The notes under the pieces: model-generated
The model's input: the letters and a program-made list of their open reading frames with translations, nothing else
Told to the model about the DNA's origin: nothing
Databases searched by the model: none
DNA from: Malacoraja senta
Taxonomy: Eukaryota
Reading direction: 5' to 3'
NCBI GenBank assembly: GCA_038087875.1
Contig: JAXLNO010000600.1
Coordinates: 186,001 to 250,000 of the forward strand
DNA: 64,000 bases
Translations under genes and position numbers: made by a program
Shown: in pieces, positions 37,880 through 51,978 of the stretch
Layout: every line of letters begins with the position of its first letter
How positions within the stretch are numbered: the stretch's first letter is position 1

Positions 37880-38410
37880 CAATCACCCCCCCCCCCCCAT
37901 GTTTGGTGACCTGGGCGCTACAGCCAGTCCCAGGTCAGCTCGCCTGCCCCACACTCCAAAGACATGCAGGTTCGTAGGTTAAGCGCTTCGGTAAATTGTA
38001 AATTGTCCCTGGTGTGTCGGATGGTGCTGGTGTACGGGGTGATTGTTGGTCGGCACGGACACGGTGAGCCAAAGGACCTGCAGTTCCCAGGTCTCCTGCA
38101 CGCCCAGGTCGGCTCGTTGCCTGCGTGCCCCGGGACGGGCTGCAGTTTCCAGATCACGAAAGCTAATTGAAAAAAAATACCCCTGTGGGTCGGATGATTT
38201 CGGGTTACGGGCCGGATCCCGCCCGTGGGCCGCAGGTTGCTGACCCCTGTCTGAAGAAGGGTTTTGGCCCGAAACGTTGCCTATTTCCTTCGCTCCATAG
38301 GTGCTGCCTCACCCTCTGAGTTTCTCCAGTACTTTTGTCTACCCTGTCCTAGATGTCAGGCCTCATTGTGTCTGTTCCCCCCCCCCCCCCTCATATTTAA
38401 AAACGATTTC
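37880..38410 (-). mobile_element. Repeat containing an hAT-like terminus; second copy in opposite orientation at about 60008-60310
   Basis: CAGGGGTCAGCAACCTGCGGCCCACGGGC...ATCCGGCCC resembles hAT/Charlie ends. The flank ACACAATGAGGCCTGACATCTAGGACA is shared by both copies. Confidence 0.55.
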
Positions 38411-39042
38411 CGCCCAACCCACTGAGTTACTCCAGCACTTTGTGTCTATCTTTGGTATAAAGCATCATCTGCAGTTCTTTGATTACATTTGATTTTGCTG
38501 ATTGTATGCCTCGTTGTCACCTTCCCGATAGCTAACTACGATCCACTCTACATTTTCCTTCAGATCCACTCTACATTTTCCTTCATCTTTGTCCCCTGTG
38601 ATCTCTCGATTTTACACCTTACCCTTCCATATCTGACTCTCAATCTGGAGAATGGTCTCGACCCCAAAACGTCACCCATTCCTTCCATCCAGAGATGCTG
38701 CCTGTCCCATTGAGTTACTCCAGCATTTTGTGTCTATCTTCGGTGTAAACTAACATCTGCAGCTCCTTCCCACACAACAGGTAGTGACATTCCCATGCAC
38801 CTGTTGCCCCTGTCCAACTTGGGTAAGTAACTACACAGCTATTTGGGGAGGGTACATGCCACAGTTGTGGTGATGGGGAGGAATGAATGTTTAGGGCGGT
38901 GAATTGGATGCCAACCAAGTCACCTATCCATGTTCTCCACAGATGCTGCCTGACCCGCTGAGTTACGCCAGCACTCTGTGAAACGTCACCTATCCATGTT
39001 CTCCACAGATGCTGCCTGACCCGCTGAGTTACTCCAGCACTC

Positions 39043-39114
39043 ATATAACCATATAACCATAACAGCACGGAAACAGGCCATCTCGGCCCTTCAAGTCCGT
39101 GCCGAACATTTAAA

Positions 39115-39148
<34 letters not shown>

Positions 39149-42100
39149 AAATATAATACTTCCCCCTAGTCCCATCTACCTGCACTCAGACCATAACCCT
39201 CCATTCCTTTCCCGTCCATATACCCATCCAATCTATTTTTAAAGGATAACATCGAACCTGCCTCCACCACTTCCACTGGAAGCTCATTCCACACAGCTAC
39301 CACTCTCTGAGTAAAGAAGTTCCCCCTAATGTTCCCCCTAAACTTCTGTCCCCTTAATTCTCAAGTCATGTCCCCTTGTTTGAATCTTCCCTACTCTCAA
39401 TGGGAAAAGCTTATCCACGTCCACTCTGTCTAACCCGCTCATAATTTTAAAGACCTCTATCAAGTCCCCTCTTAACCTTCTGCGCTCCAAAGAATAAAGA
39501 CCTAACTTGTTCAACCTTTCTCTGTAACTTAGTTGCTGAAACCCAGGCAACATTCTAGTAAATCTCCTCTGTACTCTCTCTATTTTGTTGACATCCTTCC
39601 TATAATTAGGCGACCAAAATTGTACTCCATACTCCAGAATTGGCCTCACCAATGCCTTGTACAATTTTAACATTACATCCCAACTTCTATATTCAATGCT
39701 CTGATTTATAAAGGCCAGCACACCAAAAGCTTTCTTTACCACCCTATCCACATGAGATTCCACCTTCAGGGAACTATGCACAGTTATTCCTAGATCCCTC
39801 TGTTCAACTGCATTCCTCAATTCGCTACCATTTACCGTGTACGTCCTATTTTGATTTGTCCTGCCGAGATGTAGCACCTCACATTTGTCAGCATTAAACT
39901 CCATCTGCCACCTTTCAGCCCACTCTTCCAAATGGCCTAAATCTCTCTGTAGACTTTGAAAATCTACTTCATTATCCACAACACCACCTATCTTAGTATC
40001 ATCTGCATACTTACTAATCCAATTTTCCACACCTTCATCCAGATCATTGATGTACATGACAAACAACAGTGGACCCAACACAGACCCCTGAGGCACCCCA
40101 CCAGTCACCGGCCTCCAACCTGACAAACAGCCATCCACCATTACTCTCTGGCATCTCCCATTCAGCCACTGTTGAATCCATCTTGCTACTCCACCATTAA
40201 TACCCAACAATTGAATCTTCTTAAACCAACCTTCCATGAGGAACCTTGTCAAAGGCCTTACTGAAGTCCATATAATAATAATAATAATAATGGATTTTAT
40301 TTACGGGCGCCTTATACCGAGGTCTCAAGGACACCATACAGAGATTTATAGAAAACATATAATCAGAATTTAAAAAAAAATAGGTTATAAAGACCAATAC
40401 ATAAATCAGGGACAGAATTCCTTCCAAAAACACAAAAAAAGAAAATCAGAAGCACAATTTGAGGAGAGAGCAGCGGCAATTTAACGCCAGCGTCCACTCT
40501 CCCCTCCGACCGCCATCTTGAACACAGACTAACAAATACAATTACAAACAATTACATACAAAAATCATCCCCCCACAATGATTTCCACTGTGGGGGAAGG
40601 CACAATGTCCAGTCCCCAGCCCCAGGTTCACCCAAAAAAGTCAGGCCAAATGAAGCCCCCGCTATTGCCTCTACGGAGGCCCGATGATCCTGGCTGTTCT
40701 CGCCGGGTGATGTAGCCCCGGCGTCGGGAGAGTCCTCCAGCAGCTGGGCCACATGGAACGGCCGCATCCCTCACCGGAGGCCGTAACTACGGCTGGAACG
40801 GCCGATTTCCCGCAGGCGTCCGCAGCACCTGAAGCCGATAAGGCCGCGCCGACTTGGAGCTCAAGGCTCCCGGTGTTGGAGTCGGCGCCGCCGCCCGCGA
40901 ATGGTCGCTCCAGTCCCGGAGGTGTTGAGCTCGGCGGTCCAGCTCACCGGAGCTCCAGAGCGTCGGTCCAGCGCGGCGACCCAGGCAAGGCATCGCCCGC
41001 TCCGCTGCACAGTAGCGCTCCAGCGCCGTGCCGCCACCGAAGCTGAGGGTGCTGTGCGGTTCCCGCCAGGAAACGCCGCTCCACGCCCGCTGGTAGGCCG
41101 CGAGGACGGGTCGAATGGGCAGCCGGGAGAGAAGGCTGCCTCACCGACCAGGTAGGGACCAGGAAGTGGTTTCCCCTTGATCCCCCCACATTAAAGGCAA
41201 AATAAATAAAAACAAAGACTTAAAGAAAAATAAAAAAACTTAGTAAAAAAGTGCAATTAACGGACGGCTGCTGTTTTGCAGCCGTTCCTCAAGATGGCTC
41301 CTCCCAACATATGGCTCCTCAAGATGGCTCCTCCCAACATATAGACAACATCCACTGCTTTACCCTCATCAATTTCCCTAGTAACCTCTTCGAAAAATTC
41401 AAGAAGATTAGTCAAGCATGACCTTCCAGGCACAAATCCATGTTGACTGTTCCTAATCAGACCCTGCTTATCCAGATGCTTATATATATTATCTTTAAGT
41501 ATCCTTTCCATTAATTTGCCTACCACTGACGTCAAACTAACAGGTCTATAATTGCTAGGTTTACTCTTCGAACCCTTTTTAAACAACGGAACAACATGCG
41601 CAGTACGCCAATCCTCCGGCACTATTCCCGTTTCTAATGACATTTGAAATATTTCTGTCATAGCCCCTGCTATTTGTACACTAACTTCCCTCAATGTCCT
41701 AGGGAATATCCTGTCAGGACCTGGAGACTTATCCGTTTTCATATTTTTCAAAAGTGTCCGCACCTCCTCTTCTTTGAATCTCACAGTTTCCATTGCTACT
41801 CTGCTCGTTTCCCTTACCTCACATAATTCCATATCCTTCTCCTTCGTGAATACCGAAGAAAAGAAATTGTTCAATATCTCCCCCATCTCTTTTGGCTCTG
41901 CAGATAGCTGTCCACTCTAACTCTCTAATGGACCGATTTTATTCCTTGTTATCCTTTTGCTATTAATATAGCTGTAGAAACCCTTTGGATTTACTTTCAC
42001 CTTACTTGCCAAAGCAACCTCATATCTTCTTTTAGCTTTTCTAATTTCTTTCTTAATATTCTTTTTACATTCTTTATACTCCCTCAAGCACCTCATTTAC

Positions 42101-42712
42101 TCCATGCTGCCTATAATTATTGTAGATCTCTCTCTTTTTCCGAACCGTGTCCAATTTCCCTTGAAAACCATGGCTCTTTCCATTTTTTACTATTTCCTTT
42201 CAACCGAACAGGGACATAAAGATTCTGTACTCTTAAAATTTCACCCTTAAATGTCCTCCATTTTTCTTCTACATCCTTCCCATAAAACAACATGTCCCAA
42301 TTCACTCCTTTTAAATCCTTTCGCATCTCCTCAAAGTTAGCCTTTCTCCAAACAAAAATCTCAACCCTAGGTCCAGTTCTGACCCTCTCCATAATTATAT
42401 TGAAACTAATGGTATTGTGATCACTGGACCCGAAGTGCTCCCCGACGCATACCTCCGCCACTTGCCCTGTCTCATTTCCTAACAGGAGGTCCAGCACTGC
42501 CCCTTCTCTAGTAGGTACCTCTATGTATTGCTGCAAAAAACTATCTTGCACACATTTTACAAACTCCAAACCATCCAGCCCTTTTACAGAATGTGTTTCC
42601 CAGTCTATGTGTGGAAAATTGATATCTCCCACAATCACTACCTTGTGCTTACTACTAATATCTGCTATCTCCTTACATATTTGCTCTTCCAATTCTCGCT
42701 CCCCATTTGGCA
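39043..42712 (-). mobile_element. Long CR1 LINE (second subfamily), split by a non-coding retroposon
   Basis: ORFs 42117-42728, 41257-41886 and 39338-40252 (GVPQGSVLGP, KYADD). The motif VDVVYM|DFSKAFDKVPH is interrupted at 40275-41337. Confidence 0.92.
40275..41337 (-). mobile_element. Non-coding GC-rich retroposon with AATAAA, (ATT)n tail and CATATA TSD
   Basis: CATATA duplicated at 40269-40274 and 41338-41343, cleanly splitting the CR1 RT. 3' stem-loop at about 40569-40597. Confidence 0.75.
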
Positions 42713-43404
42713 CTCTGCGAAACGTCACCTATCCATGTTCTCCACAGATGCTGCCTGACCCGCTGAGTTACTCCAGCATTTTGTGTCTTCATTTGTAAGA
42801 CAGCATCTGCAGTTCCTTGTTTCTAGACGATCTTATTAATTATCAGATCTGATTCTAAGGGGCAGTACAGTTCATACAAGCTTTTGTTCCTACTGTTCCT
42901 GACCTGTGTCCTCTGGCATAAATGAAGGGACATTTGCTAAATTGAGAATCTGCCCGACCATGGCTGGAAATCTGTAGAGGTGCGAAAAGAGTGGAATACC
43001 TAGGTTGCAAAATACCCAGAAAGCAGCCCAGACCATCACGCAAACCAACCTCCCTTCCATTGACTCCATCTACACCTCATGCTGCCTCGACAAGGCCAGC
43101 AGCATAATCAAGGACCAGTCTCAACCCCGGTCACTCCCTCTTCTCCCCTCTCCCAGTGGGCAAAAGGTACAGGTGTGAAAACGCACACCTCCAGATTCAG
43201 GGACAGTTTCTTCCCGGCTGTTATCAGGTAACTGAATCATCCTACCGCAACTAGAGAGCAGTCATGAACTACTATATACCTCCTTGGAGATCCTCGGACT
43301 ATCTTTAATCTGACTTTACTGGCTTTACCTTGCACTAAACGTTACTCCCTTATCATGTATCTGTACACTGTGGACGGCTCGATTGTAATCATGCAATAAC
43401 ACAT

Positions 43405-44147
43405 AGGGGGTGCCGCACAATGGCAGCTTCGCCAACAGTCTGTCTGTCTTTTCATCTTTATTTTGTTATTTTAATGTGTTTTAAAAATATGTTTCAATTT
43501 TTCACTGGTTTGTTTTATGTGGGGGGGGTCATTACCTTGCCGGAAATGCGATTGTTTCCTGGGTCGTATCTCCGGTCGCTCTGAGGCCTAACATATTGGA
43601 GCTGGAGGCCTTGCTCAGGACTGACTTTGAGCCCCACCGCGGGGATGTGGACTTGCCATCGGAGCGTGGGATCCCTTGCCTGGGATTGACGCTCCAACCG
43701 CGGCCTGCCGATTTCACCATCGAGCAGCTTGCAGTCTCGGGCAGAGACCGATGTTGGGAAGCTACAAACGACGCAGAAGGTTTCGACTAGCTCAGACCAG
43801 GGGTCAGATCGCCCGGCGTGGGGGAGCTGAGATTCCCCCCCAATGCAGGAGCTTGATCGCCCCGACGCGGAGGGCCTGACCGCCGGCTACGGGAGCCAAG
43901 ATCGTCCCGTCAACGGAAGGTTCGAGGCCCCAGACCGCGGGAGAACAAAGAAGGGAAGAGATTGAACTTTTTTTCGCCTTCCATCACAGTGAGGCATGTG
44001 GAGGAGTCACTGTGGTGGATGTTCATGTTAAAATGTGTTTTGTGTGTTCCGTTGCTTTTTATTGTTATGACTGTGTGGCAAATGAAATTCCTCGTATGTT
44101 GCAAAACATACTTGTCTAATAAAGTATGATTATGATGATTATGATGT
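43405..44147 (+). mobile_element. Non-coding GC-rich retroposon, related family
   Basis: GTCTGTCTGTCTTTT start, T-tract then G-run, stem-loop 43980-44019, AATAAA and (TATGAT)n-like tail. Confidence 0.65.
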
Positions 44148-44441
44148 ATAGTCTTTCCACTGAGCATGCAGCAAGCGCTTTTCACTGTATCACGGTACAC
44201 GTGACAAAAAAACAAAAACAAACAGATGGGATCACTTGTAATTAGCACCATGGTCAGCACCGACATGGTGGGCTGAAGGGCCTCTTCCTGCGCTGTACTG
44301 TTCAACGTGTGGCTACGTTCACCCCAGAAACAGGGTGTTTAGAACTTTAATTTTTGGTTAAGTGTGCATTGTGTCCATTATTCAAAATTATAACTACTTA
44401 AGCAACTGTACTGAATATCAATAATGTATTTCCAGTTAGCA

Positions 44442-45733
44442 TCTATCCTTATTATAACTATAAAAGCCTGATCTTGTATGTGGATGTGTGTGTGTGTGTA
44501 TTTATTTGTTCATGTGCGATCACATCTTCTTGAATAAAACGACGCGCTAACGGTAATATTTTTACATATTCCAGTAGAGATTTATCACGTGGTCAAAATT
44601 TGCCTTATCTGAAAAATGCATGCATTATTTCACGAGTTATTAATCAAAATGTTCACAAATCTGCTCAAATTTTGAAATCCTAAAGCCTGTTTTTCATTGA
44701 TGACGTCACAATGGAACTGCTTGTCTGCCGTCTGCTCGCGCTGCAAGTGATGTCACCCCCAACCACTCCCTTCTTCCACTGTTATTCAAAGGTCGGCCTG
44801 TTGACTGAAGACCAAAGATCATAGCTGAAGACTGCGGCGGCCTTTGGTTGACGTTCGCCCGCTCACGCCTCGGCTCGACTCGGGCCCTGTACCCGAGAAC
44901 TCCTGTCGACGCACTCTCACACCTCGAGTTTCCAGAGAACTCCCGCGAGCTACCGGGAGCTTTGATCGACGCACGCTCACGCCTTGGCTCGGGTTTCCTG
45001 AGAACTTCCAAGAGCTCCCGAGAGCTTTGATCGATGCACGCTTGGGTTTTGTCTCTCTCCCCCCCCTCTACCCCTCTCTTTCTCCTACCCCTCTCTTTCT
45101 CCAACCCCCCCCTCTCTCTCCCACCCCCGTCTTGTCAGTGTGTGTGGGGGGGGGGGGGGGTTAGTGTGTGTGTGTGATGCTGCAGGCCGCCTACCCCCCC
45201 ACCGCAACTGCGCATTGAGGGGGTGAGACCCAACGGGTCCCCCTTGCTCTAGTATTATACTAAAACTCTTTCCTTTCTTCTCAACATTCTAAATTTCCGT
45301 GTGTACGCTGGGTTGTGTTGGCTTTCTTTTAATCTCTTTAATTTGTATCTTCTTCCATCTCTCTACCCCCTCTCCCTTTCTACCCACATCCCCCTTCCTC
45401 TCTACCCCCTCCGCCTTCCTCTCTATGCGTTCAGGGACCAGCCCTCCCCTGTGACGCCGCGCGCCCCCCTACACCTCAATCTCTACCCCCTCCCCCTCTC
45501 TATCCCCCTCCCCCTCTCTCCCTCTAACCTTCTCCGTCCCCCTCTATCCACGCCTGCGCAGTTTGGGGCTATGCGTGGGTGGATAGGGCGGGGGATGGGG
45601 GAAAAGGAGCGAATTAATAATATTCATATAATATCAAAGGGGGGGGGGGGGGGCTAGTGTGTGTGGGGGGTGGTTAGCGTGTGTGCGTGACACCGTTGAG
45701 GGGACCGGAACCAACGGGTTCCACTTTATCTAG
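44442..45733 (+). mobile_element. Non-autonomous Helitron-like element with two tandem 3' termini
   Basis: 5' A|TCTATCCTTATTATAACTATAAAAG. Hairpin 45227-45239 then CTAG|T at 45249-45252. Second hairpin 45707-45722 then CTAG|T at 45730-45733. Confidence 0.75.
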
Positions 45734-47835
45734 TCAATAATAAAACTCAAAAGGCACTTGCATTAAGATTTAATTCCCAGACAATATACAGGTGTAATTT
45801 GTGCCTAATATCAGAATGAGTGGTCTGAAACTCACATTGGTTCAAGTAATCTAAAAGTGCAGCAGGTAGATTTTCCGCTGATGTGTTAAAGGTCAGAGCT
45901 CTGCTCACGCAATGGAACTCAGAATGTGGAGTTGATGGGGCTCAGGTCTGTGGCCAGTTAATTTTCTACCGTCAATTTTAGTCTTGATCAAGGGCACACA
46001 AATCCTCATTTTCCTGCAGAAGATAATTGAAGAAATTATTAATAACGATGTACATTTTCAATAATCTATTTCCAAATGTCTTTGATTCTATGCTTGCACG
46101 CTGCATCTTATCCAAAATACCTTTGACGTTTGAATGCTCCCTCAGTCTTTCGTTTAGTTTAGAGATACAGTGTATGGGAACAGGCCCTTCAGCCCACCGG
46201 GTCCATGCCGACCATCGATGTGTTCAGTGTTATTCAAGTGTTATGCCACTTTCACATCCACTCCCTACCCTCCAAGGACAATTTACAGATGCCAATTAGC
46301 CTGCACGTCTTTAGGATGTGGGAGGAAACCAGAGCACCCAGAGGAAACCCACGTGGTCCGTACAGACAGCACCTGTAAGTCAGGATGGGACCCGGGACTC
46401 TGGCACCGTGAAACAGCAGCTCTACTGCTACGCCACCCTCTAAATTCATTCCAACATCTTTTTTTTACAGATGAGTTTTGTTGGGCAAGTCAGCATTAAT
46501 CACCCTTTGTTAATTGAGGATTAAACCCCTAATTTGAGGAAGGACATTCTTGCTATTGAGGGAGTGCAGCGTAGGTTCACAAGGTTAATTCCCGGGATGG
46601 CGGGACTGTCATATGCTGAGAGAATGGAGCAGCAGGGCTTGTACACTCTGGAGTTTAGAAGGATGAGAGGGAATCTTATTGAAACATATAAGTTTATTAA
46701 GGTAGACCAAAAGTGCTGGAGAAACTCAACGGGTGCAGCAGCATCTATGGAGCGAAGGAAATAGGCAACGTTTCGGCCCGAAACATTGCCTATTTCCTTC
46801 GCTCCACTGATGCTGCTGCACCCCGCTGAGTTTCTCCAGCACTTTTGTCTACCTTCGATTTTCCAGCATCTGCAGTTCCTTCTTAAACCCTAAGAATATT
46901 AAGGGTTTGGACACGCTAGAGGCAGGAAACATGTTCCTGATGTTGGGGGACTCCAGAACCAGGGGCCACAGTTTAAGAATAAGGGCTAAGCCATTTTGAA
47001 CGGAGATGAGGAAACACTTTTCCACACAGAGAGTTGTGAGTCTGTGGAATTCTCTGCCTCAGAGGGTGGTGGAGGCCGGTTCTCTGGATACTTTCAAGAG
47101 AGAGCTAGATAGGGCTCTTAAAGATAGCGGAATCGGGGGATATGGGGAGAAGGCAGGAATGGGTTAGTGATTGGGGATGATCAGCCATGATCACATTGAA
47201 TGGCGGTGCTGGCTCAAAGGGCCGAATGGCCTACTCTCGCACCTATTGTCTATTGATCCAAGGGAAAGTAACAGCGATTTAGCTAAATGTGGTCCATGCG
47301 CTGAAGGCTGTTTTGAAGAAGCTTGCACAATTTTTCTTCAGGCACAACGAATAAATTTGAAGTCAGGAGGCCGCATGATGAGAGGATATCTTTTGGTGGT
47401 AGTAACCCCCATTCCCCTTCTGCCCAATAAAAGGTTGCAAGATTAAGAGCTTCAGCTGAAGCATTGATGAGTTACAGTGGATAGTAGATAGTTACAATAG
47501 ATAGCACGCACTGTAATCACAGTGCCCCAAAGAGAAATGGAATATTTAAATCAGTCTTTAAGTAAGTAAGTAAGTTTATTTGCCAAGTATTCACATACAA
47601 GGAATTTGCCTTGGTGCTCCGCCCACAAGTAACAACATGACATACAGTGACAGTTACGAATGATATTTCGGGTCAGGACTTTCTTTTAGTCCGAAGAAGG
47701 GTCCCGACCCGAAAACTCACCCATCCTGCTGCCTGACCCGCTGAATTACTCCAGCACTTTGTGTCTACCTTTGGTGTAAAGCAGCATCTGCAGTTCTTTG
47801 TTTCTACAATTGTAACTTAGCAATCTTTGCCAAGG

Positions 47836-48404
47836 TAGACAAAAATGCTGGAGAAACTCAGCGGGTGAGGCAGCGTCTATGGAGCGGAGGAATAGGTGAC
47901 GTTTCTGGTCGAGACCCGTCTTCAGACATTGATGGGGTGGTGGGGGGCGGGAAGAAGAATCAAAGAGGCGTAGACAGTGGGCTGTGTGTGAGCTGTGAAG
48001 GGGAGGGGAAGGAGGGAGAAAGCAAGGACTACCTGAAATTGGAGAAGTCAATGTTCATACCGCTGGGGTGTAAACTACCCAAGGGAAAGATGAGGTGCTG
48101 CTCCTCCAATTTACGGTGGGACTCACTCTGGCCATGGAGAAGGCCCAGGACAGAAAGGTCGGATTCGGAATGGGAGGGGGAGTTGAAGTGCTGAGCCACC
48201 GGGAGATCAGGTTGGTTATTGCGAACTGAGCGGAGATGTTGGGTGAAGCGATCGCCAAGCCTATGCTTGGTCTCACCAATGTAGAGCAGCTGACACCTAG
48301 AGCAATGGATGCAATAGATGAGGTTGGAGGAGGTGCAGGTGAACCTCTGCCGCACTTGGAAAGACTGCTTGGGTCCTTGGATGGAATCAAGGGGGGGGAG
48401 AGAG
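47836..48404 (-). mobile_element. Penelope-like element 3' fragment with GIY-YIG endonuclease, TSD-bounded
   Basis: ORF 48029-48466 NLIYCIHCSRCQLLYIGET...HFN...EQHLIF...GMN. 13-bp TSD ATCTTTGCCAAGG at 47823-47835 and 48405-48417. Confidence 0.88.
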
Positions 48405-49150
48405 ATCTTTGCCAAGGAGTAGGCAAGGGGAAGGGTGGATGGGGAAGGAGGGGCGTGTGGAGGCACCAGTCTAAGTTAAATATTTCATGATTTCAATGTG
48501 ATTTGTTTCCCAGTGGTTGAGCTCATGTTCCTAAGTGATATGAGCAGATTTAGGCTATTCGGCCCATCAAGTCTACCCCATTCAATCTTGGCTGATCCAT
48601 CTTGAGAGTCACATAGGGGCATCAAAGGTTAAAGGGAGAAGGTAGGAGAATAGGGATGGATGGGAAAAATAGACCAGCCATGATCGAATGGCTGAGTAGA
48701 CTCAATGGGCAGAATGGCCTAATTCTGTTCCTGTGCCTTATGGTCTTATGTTGTTCTAGCTGATTGAATCTGTAAAAAGAAACTTAATTGTTAAGTGGTA
48801 AATCCTTCTTTCAAATTAACCATTGGGAAAGGGTGGAAGTACTGCAATATCAAGCCTGTTTCCAGATGGGGGCTCAAGTAAGTTGGAAACACAGGAAGAA
48901 TTTGGGATTGCATTTTTTCCGTGCTGTCTAGACGTCTGCTCACTTTCTCTTCTTCCCATCACTGGCTGCATATGTGTTGGAATGAAATGGGAAGAGGTGT
49001 CTGTGCCTACCCTACCCTGAATCTTACAAACCAATAATACAAACACTGAATTCTCCACTTTCAAGTAATAGCTGTCCAGCAAGCCCCACCTTGCCCTGTG
49101 CATACATCTCCTGGCCTCATAAGATTATGCTATAGGAGCAGAATGAGGCC

Positions 49151-50794
49151 ATAGAAACATAGAAAATAGGTGCAGGATTAGGCCATTCGGCCCTTCGAGC
49201 CTGCACCGCCATTCAATATGATCATGGCTGATCATCCAACTCAGTATCCTGTACCTGCCTTCTCTCCATACCCCCTGATCCCTTTAGCCACAAGGGCCAC
49301 ATCTAACTCCCTCTTAAATATAGCCAATGAACTGGCCTCAACTACCTTCTGTGGAAGGGAGTTCCAGAGATTCACCACTCTCTGTGTGAAAAATGTTTTT
49401 CTCATCTCGGTCCTAAAGGATTTCCCCTTAATCCTTAAACTGTGACCCCTTGTCCTGGACTTCCCCGACATCGGGAAAAATCTTCCTGCATCTAGCCTGT
49501 CCAACCCCTTAAGAATTTTGTAAGTTTCTATAAGATCGCCTCTCAATCTTCTAAATTCTTGCGAGTACAAGCTGAGTCTATCCAGTCTTTCTTCATATGA
49601 AAGTCCTGACATCCCAGGAATCAGTCTGGTGAACCTTCTCTGTACTCCCTCTATGGCAATAATGTCTTTCCTCAGATTTGGAGACCAAAACTGTACGCAA
49701 TACTCCAGGTGTGGTCTCACCAAGACCCTGTACAACTGCAGTAGAACCTCCCTGCTCCTATACTCAAATCCTTTTGCTATGAATGCTAACATACCATTCG
49801 CTTTCTTCACTGCCTGCTGCACCTGCATGCCTACTTTCAATGACTGGTGTATCATGATACCCAGGTTTCGTTGCATCTCCCCTTTTCCTAATCGGCCACC
49901 ATTTAGATAATAGTCTACTTTCCTGTTTTTGCCACCAAAGTGGATAACCTCACATTTATCCACATTATACTGCATCTGCCATACATTTGCCCACTCACCC
50001 AGCCTATCCAAGTCACCTTGCTGCCTCCTAGCATCCTCCTCACAGCTAACACTGCCCCCCAGCTTCGTGTCATCCGCAAACTTGGAGATGTTGCATTCAA
50101 TTCCCTCGTCCAAATCATTAATATATATTGTAAATAGCTGGGGTCCCAGCACTGAGCCTTGCGGTACCCCACTAGTCACTGCCTGCCATTGTGAAAAGGA
50201 CCCGTTTACTCCTACTCTTTGCTTCCTGTTTGCCAGCCAGTTCTCTATCCACATCAATACTGAACCCCCAATACCGTGTGCTTTAAGTTTGTATACTAAT
50301 CTCTTATGTGGGACCTTGTCGAAAGCCTTCTGAAAGTCCAGATATAACACATCCACTGGTTCTCCCTTATCCACTCTACTAGTTACATCCTCAAAAAATT
50401 CTATAAGATTCGTCAGACATGATTTACCTTTCGTAAATCCATGCTGACTTTGTCCAATGATTTCACCACTTTCCAAATGTGCTGCAATCCCATCTTTAAT
50501 AACTGACTCTAGCAGTTTCCCCACTACCGATGTTAGACTAACTGATCTGTAATTCCCCGTTTTCTCTCCCTCCCTTTTTAAAAAGGGGGGTTTACATTAG
50601 CTACCCTCCAATCCTCAGGAACTACTCCAGAATCTAAGGAGTTTTGAAAAATTATCACTAATGCATCCACTATTTCTGGGGCTACTTCCTTAAGTATTCT
50701 GGGATGCAGCCTATCTGGCCCTGGGGATTTATCGGCCTTTAATCCATTCAATTTACCTAACCACTTCCCGGCTAACCTGGATTTCACTCAGTTC
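49151..50794 (-). mobile_element. Young CR1 LINE 3' part with a 427-aa open RT frame; runs into the gap
   Basis: ORF 49241-50524 has QHGF, YLDFQKAFDKVPH, GVPQGSVLGP and KFADD. Confidence 0.93.
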
Positions 50795-50994
50795 NNNNNN
50801 NNNNNNNNNNNNNNNNNNNNNNNNNNNNNNNNNNNNNNNNNNNNNNNNNNNNNNNNNNNNNNNNNNNNNNNNNNNNNNNNNNNNNNNNNNNNNNNNNNNN
50901 NNNNNNNNNNNNNNNNNNNNNNNNNNNNNNNNNNNNNNNNNNNNNNNNNNNNNNNNNNNNNNNNNNNNNNNNNNNNNNNNNNNNNNNNNNNNNN
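50795..50994. other. Assembly gap (200 N)
   Basis: Run of N. Confidence 1.
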
Positions 50995-51214
50995 TGGTCA
51001 TTCTAGATGCTCCGGATTTCAAAAGTATTGCGTGAAGATCTGTGGCAATTCTTGGGTGTAGAAATTCTTTGACAAAGTGCAGTGCTTTGTTCTCCAATCA
51101 AACACATTTAGTATAAATTGTGCACGTCATACATTTCTAAAATCTCAATCTAAAAAGCCAATTGGATCCTTGCAGCAAATGGATGCATGCAAAGAGGCAA
51201 CTGGAGCTAAATAT

Positions 51215-51240
51215 TCACGTTAAGTAGGGTGCCGTACATC
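51215..51240 (-). CDS. Candidate terminal coding exon of the IF-like gene
   Basis: Branch-point-like ACTAAC followed by atcactctgtgcAG. Phase 1 reads (G)CTAPYLT*. Supported only by splice signals and phase. Confidence 0.3.
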
Positions 51241-51978
51241 CTGCACAGAGTGATGTTAGTATCTGAGGCTCATGGGTGGAGCAGCCCATTCACAGCAACG
51301 CATCTTTTAACTGAAGAATTGAAGGTTCAGGAACAGCTATATTCCTGCGACCATCAGGTTCTTGAACCCACCTGCACAATCCCAACCCTGCCTCTACAAC
51401 AGAACACTATGGTTTTACCACTTGCTCTAGTATGGACTGGTTTTGTTATCCCAATATCTTGGTGTTTGTTCGGTCCACTTTCTTTGAAAAATTGTATGCA
51501 CGATTTATATACCAGTAAGATTGTGTGTGCTGTGTGCTGGTGATGCAGCTGCAAGCAGGATTCTCATTGTAGAGTGATACAGCATGAAAACAGGCCCTTC
51601 AGCCCAACCTGTCCACAGCGACCAATCTACACTAGTCCCACCTGCCCGTGTTTGCCCCATATCCCTCTAAACCTGTCCTTTCCATGTCCCTGTCTAATTG
51701 TTTCTTAATTGTTGCAACAGTCAAGTCAAGAGAGTTCTATTGTCATGTGTCCCAGATAGGACAATGAAATTCTTGCTTGTGCAGCACAACAGAATATGTA
51801 AACGTACTACAGAACGCGAGATAAAAGTTCAGTGTGTCTATAGGCCATACTGAACTTTTATCCCAGCCTCAACTACCTCCTGGATGCCACAGATATGTTT
51901 TGTTGTGGTGGGGTTAAAGCTAAACCTATCTTTGGGTGCAGTGAGCAATATTGTATGGTAATGGTCATGAGAGCCTAA

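Noticed and set aside
48816..49017. Unique-sequence ORF as a further IF tail exon
   Set aside because: Its acceptor is phase 0 while the preceding candidate exon ends in phase 1 (which gives an immediate TAG); no recognisable homology. It cannot be fully excluded without transcripts.
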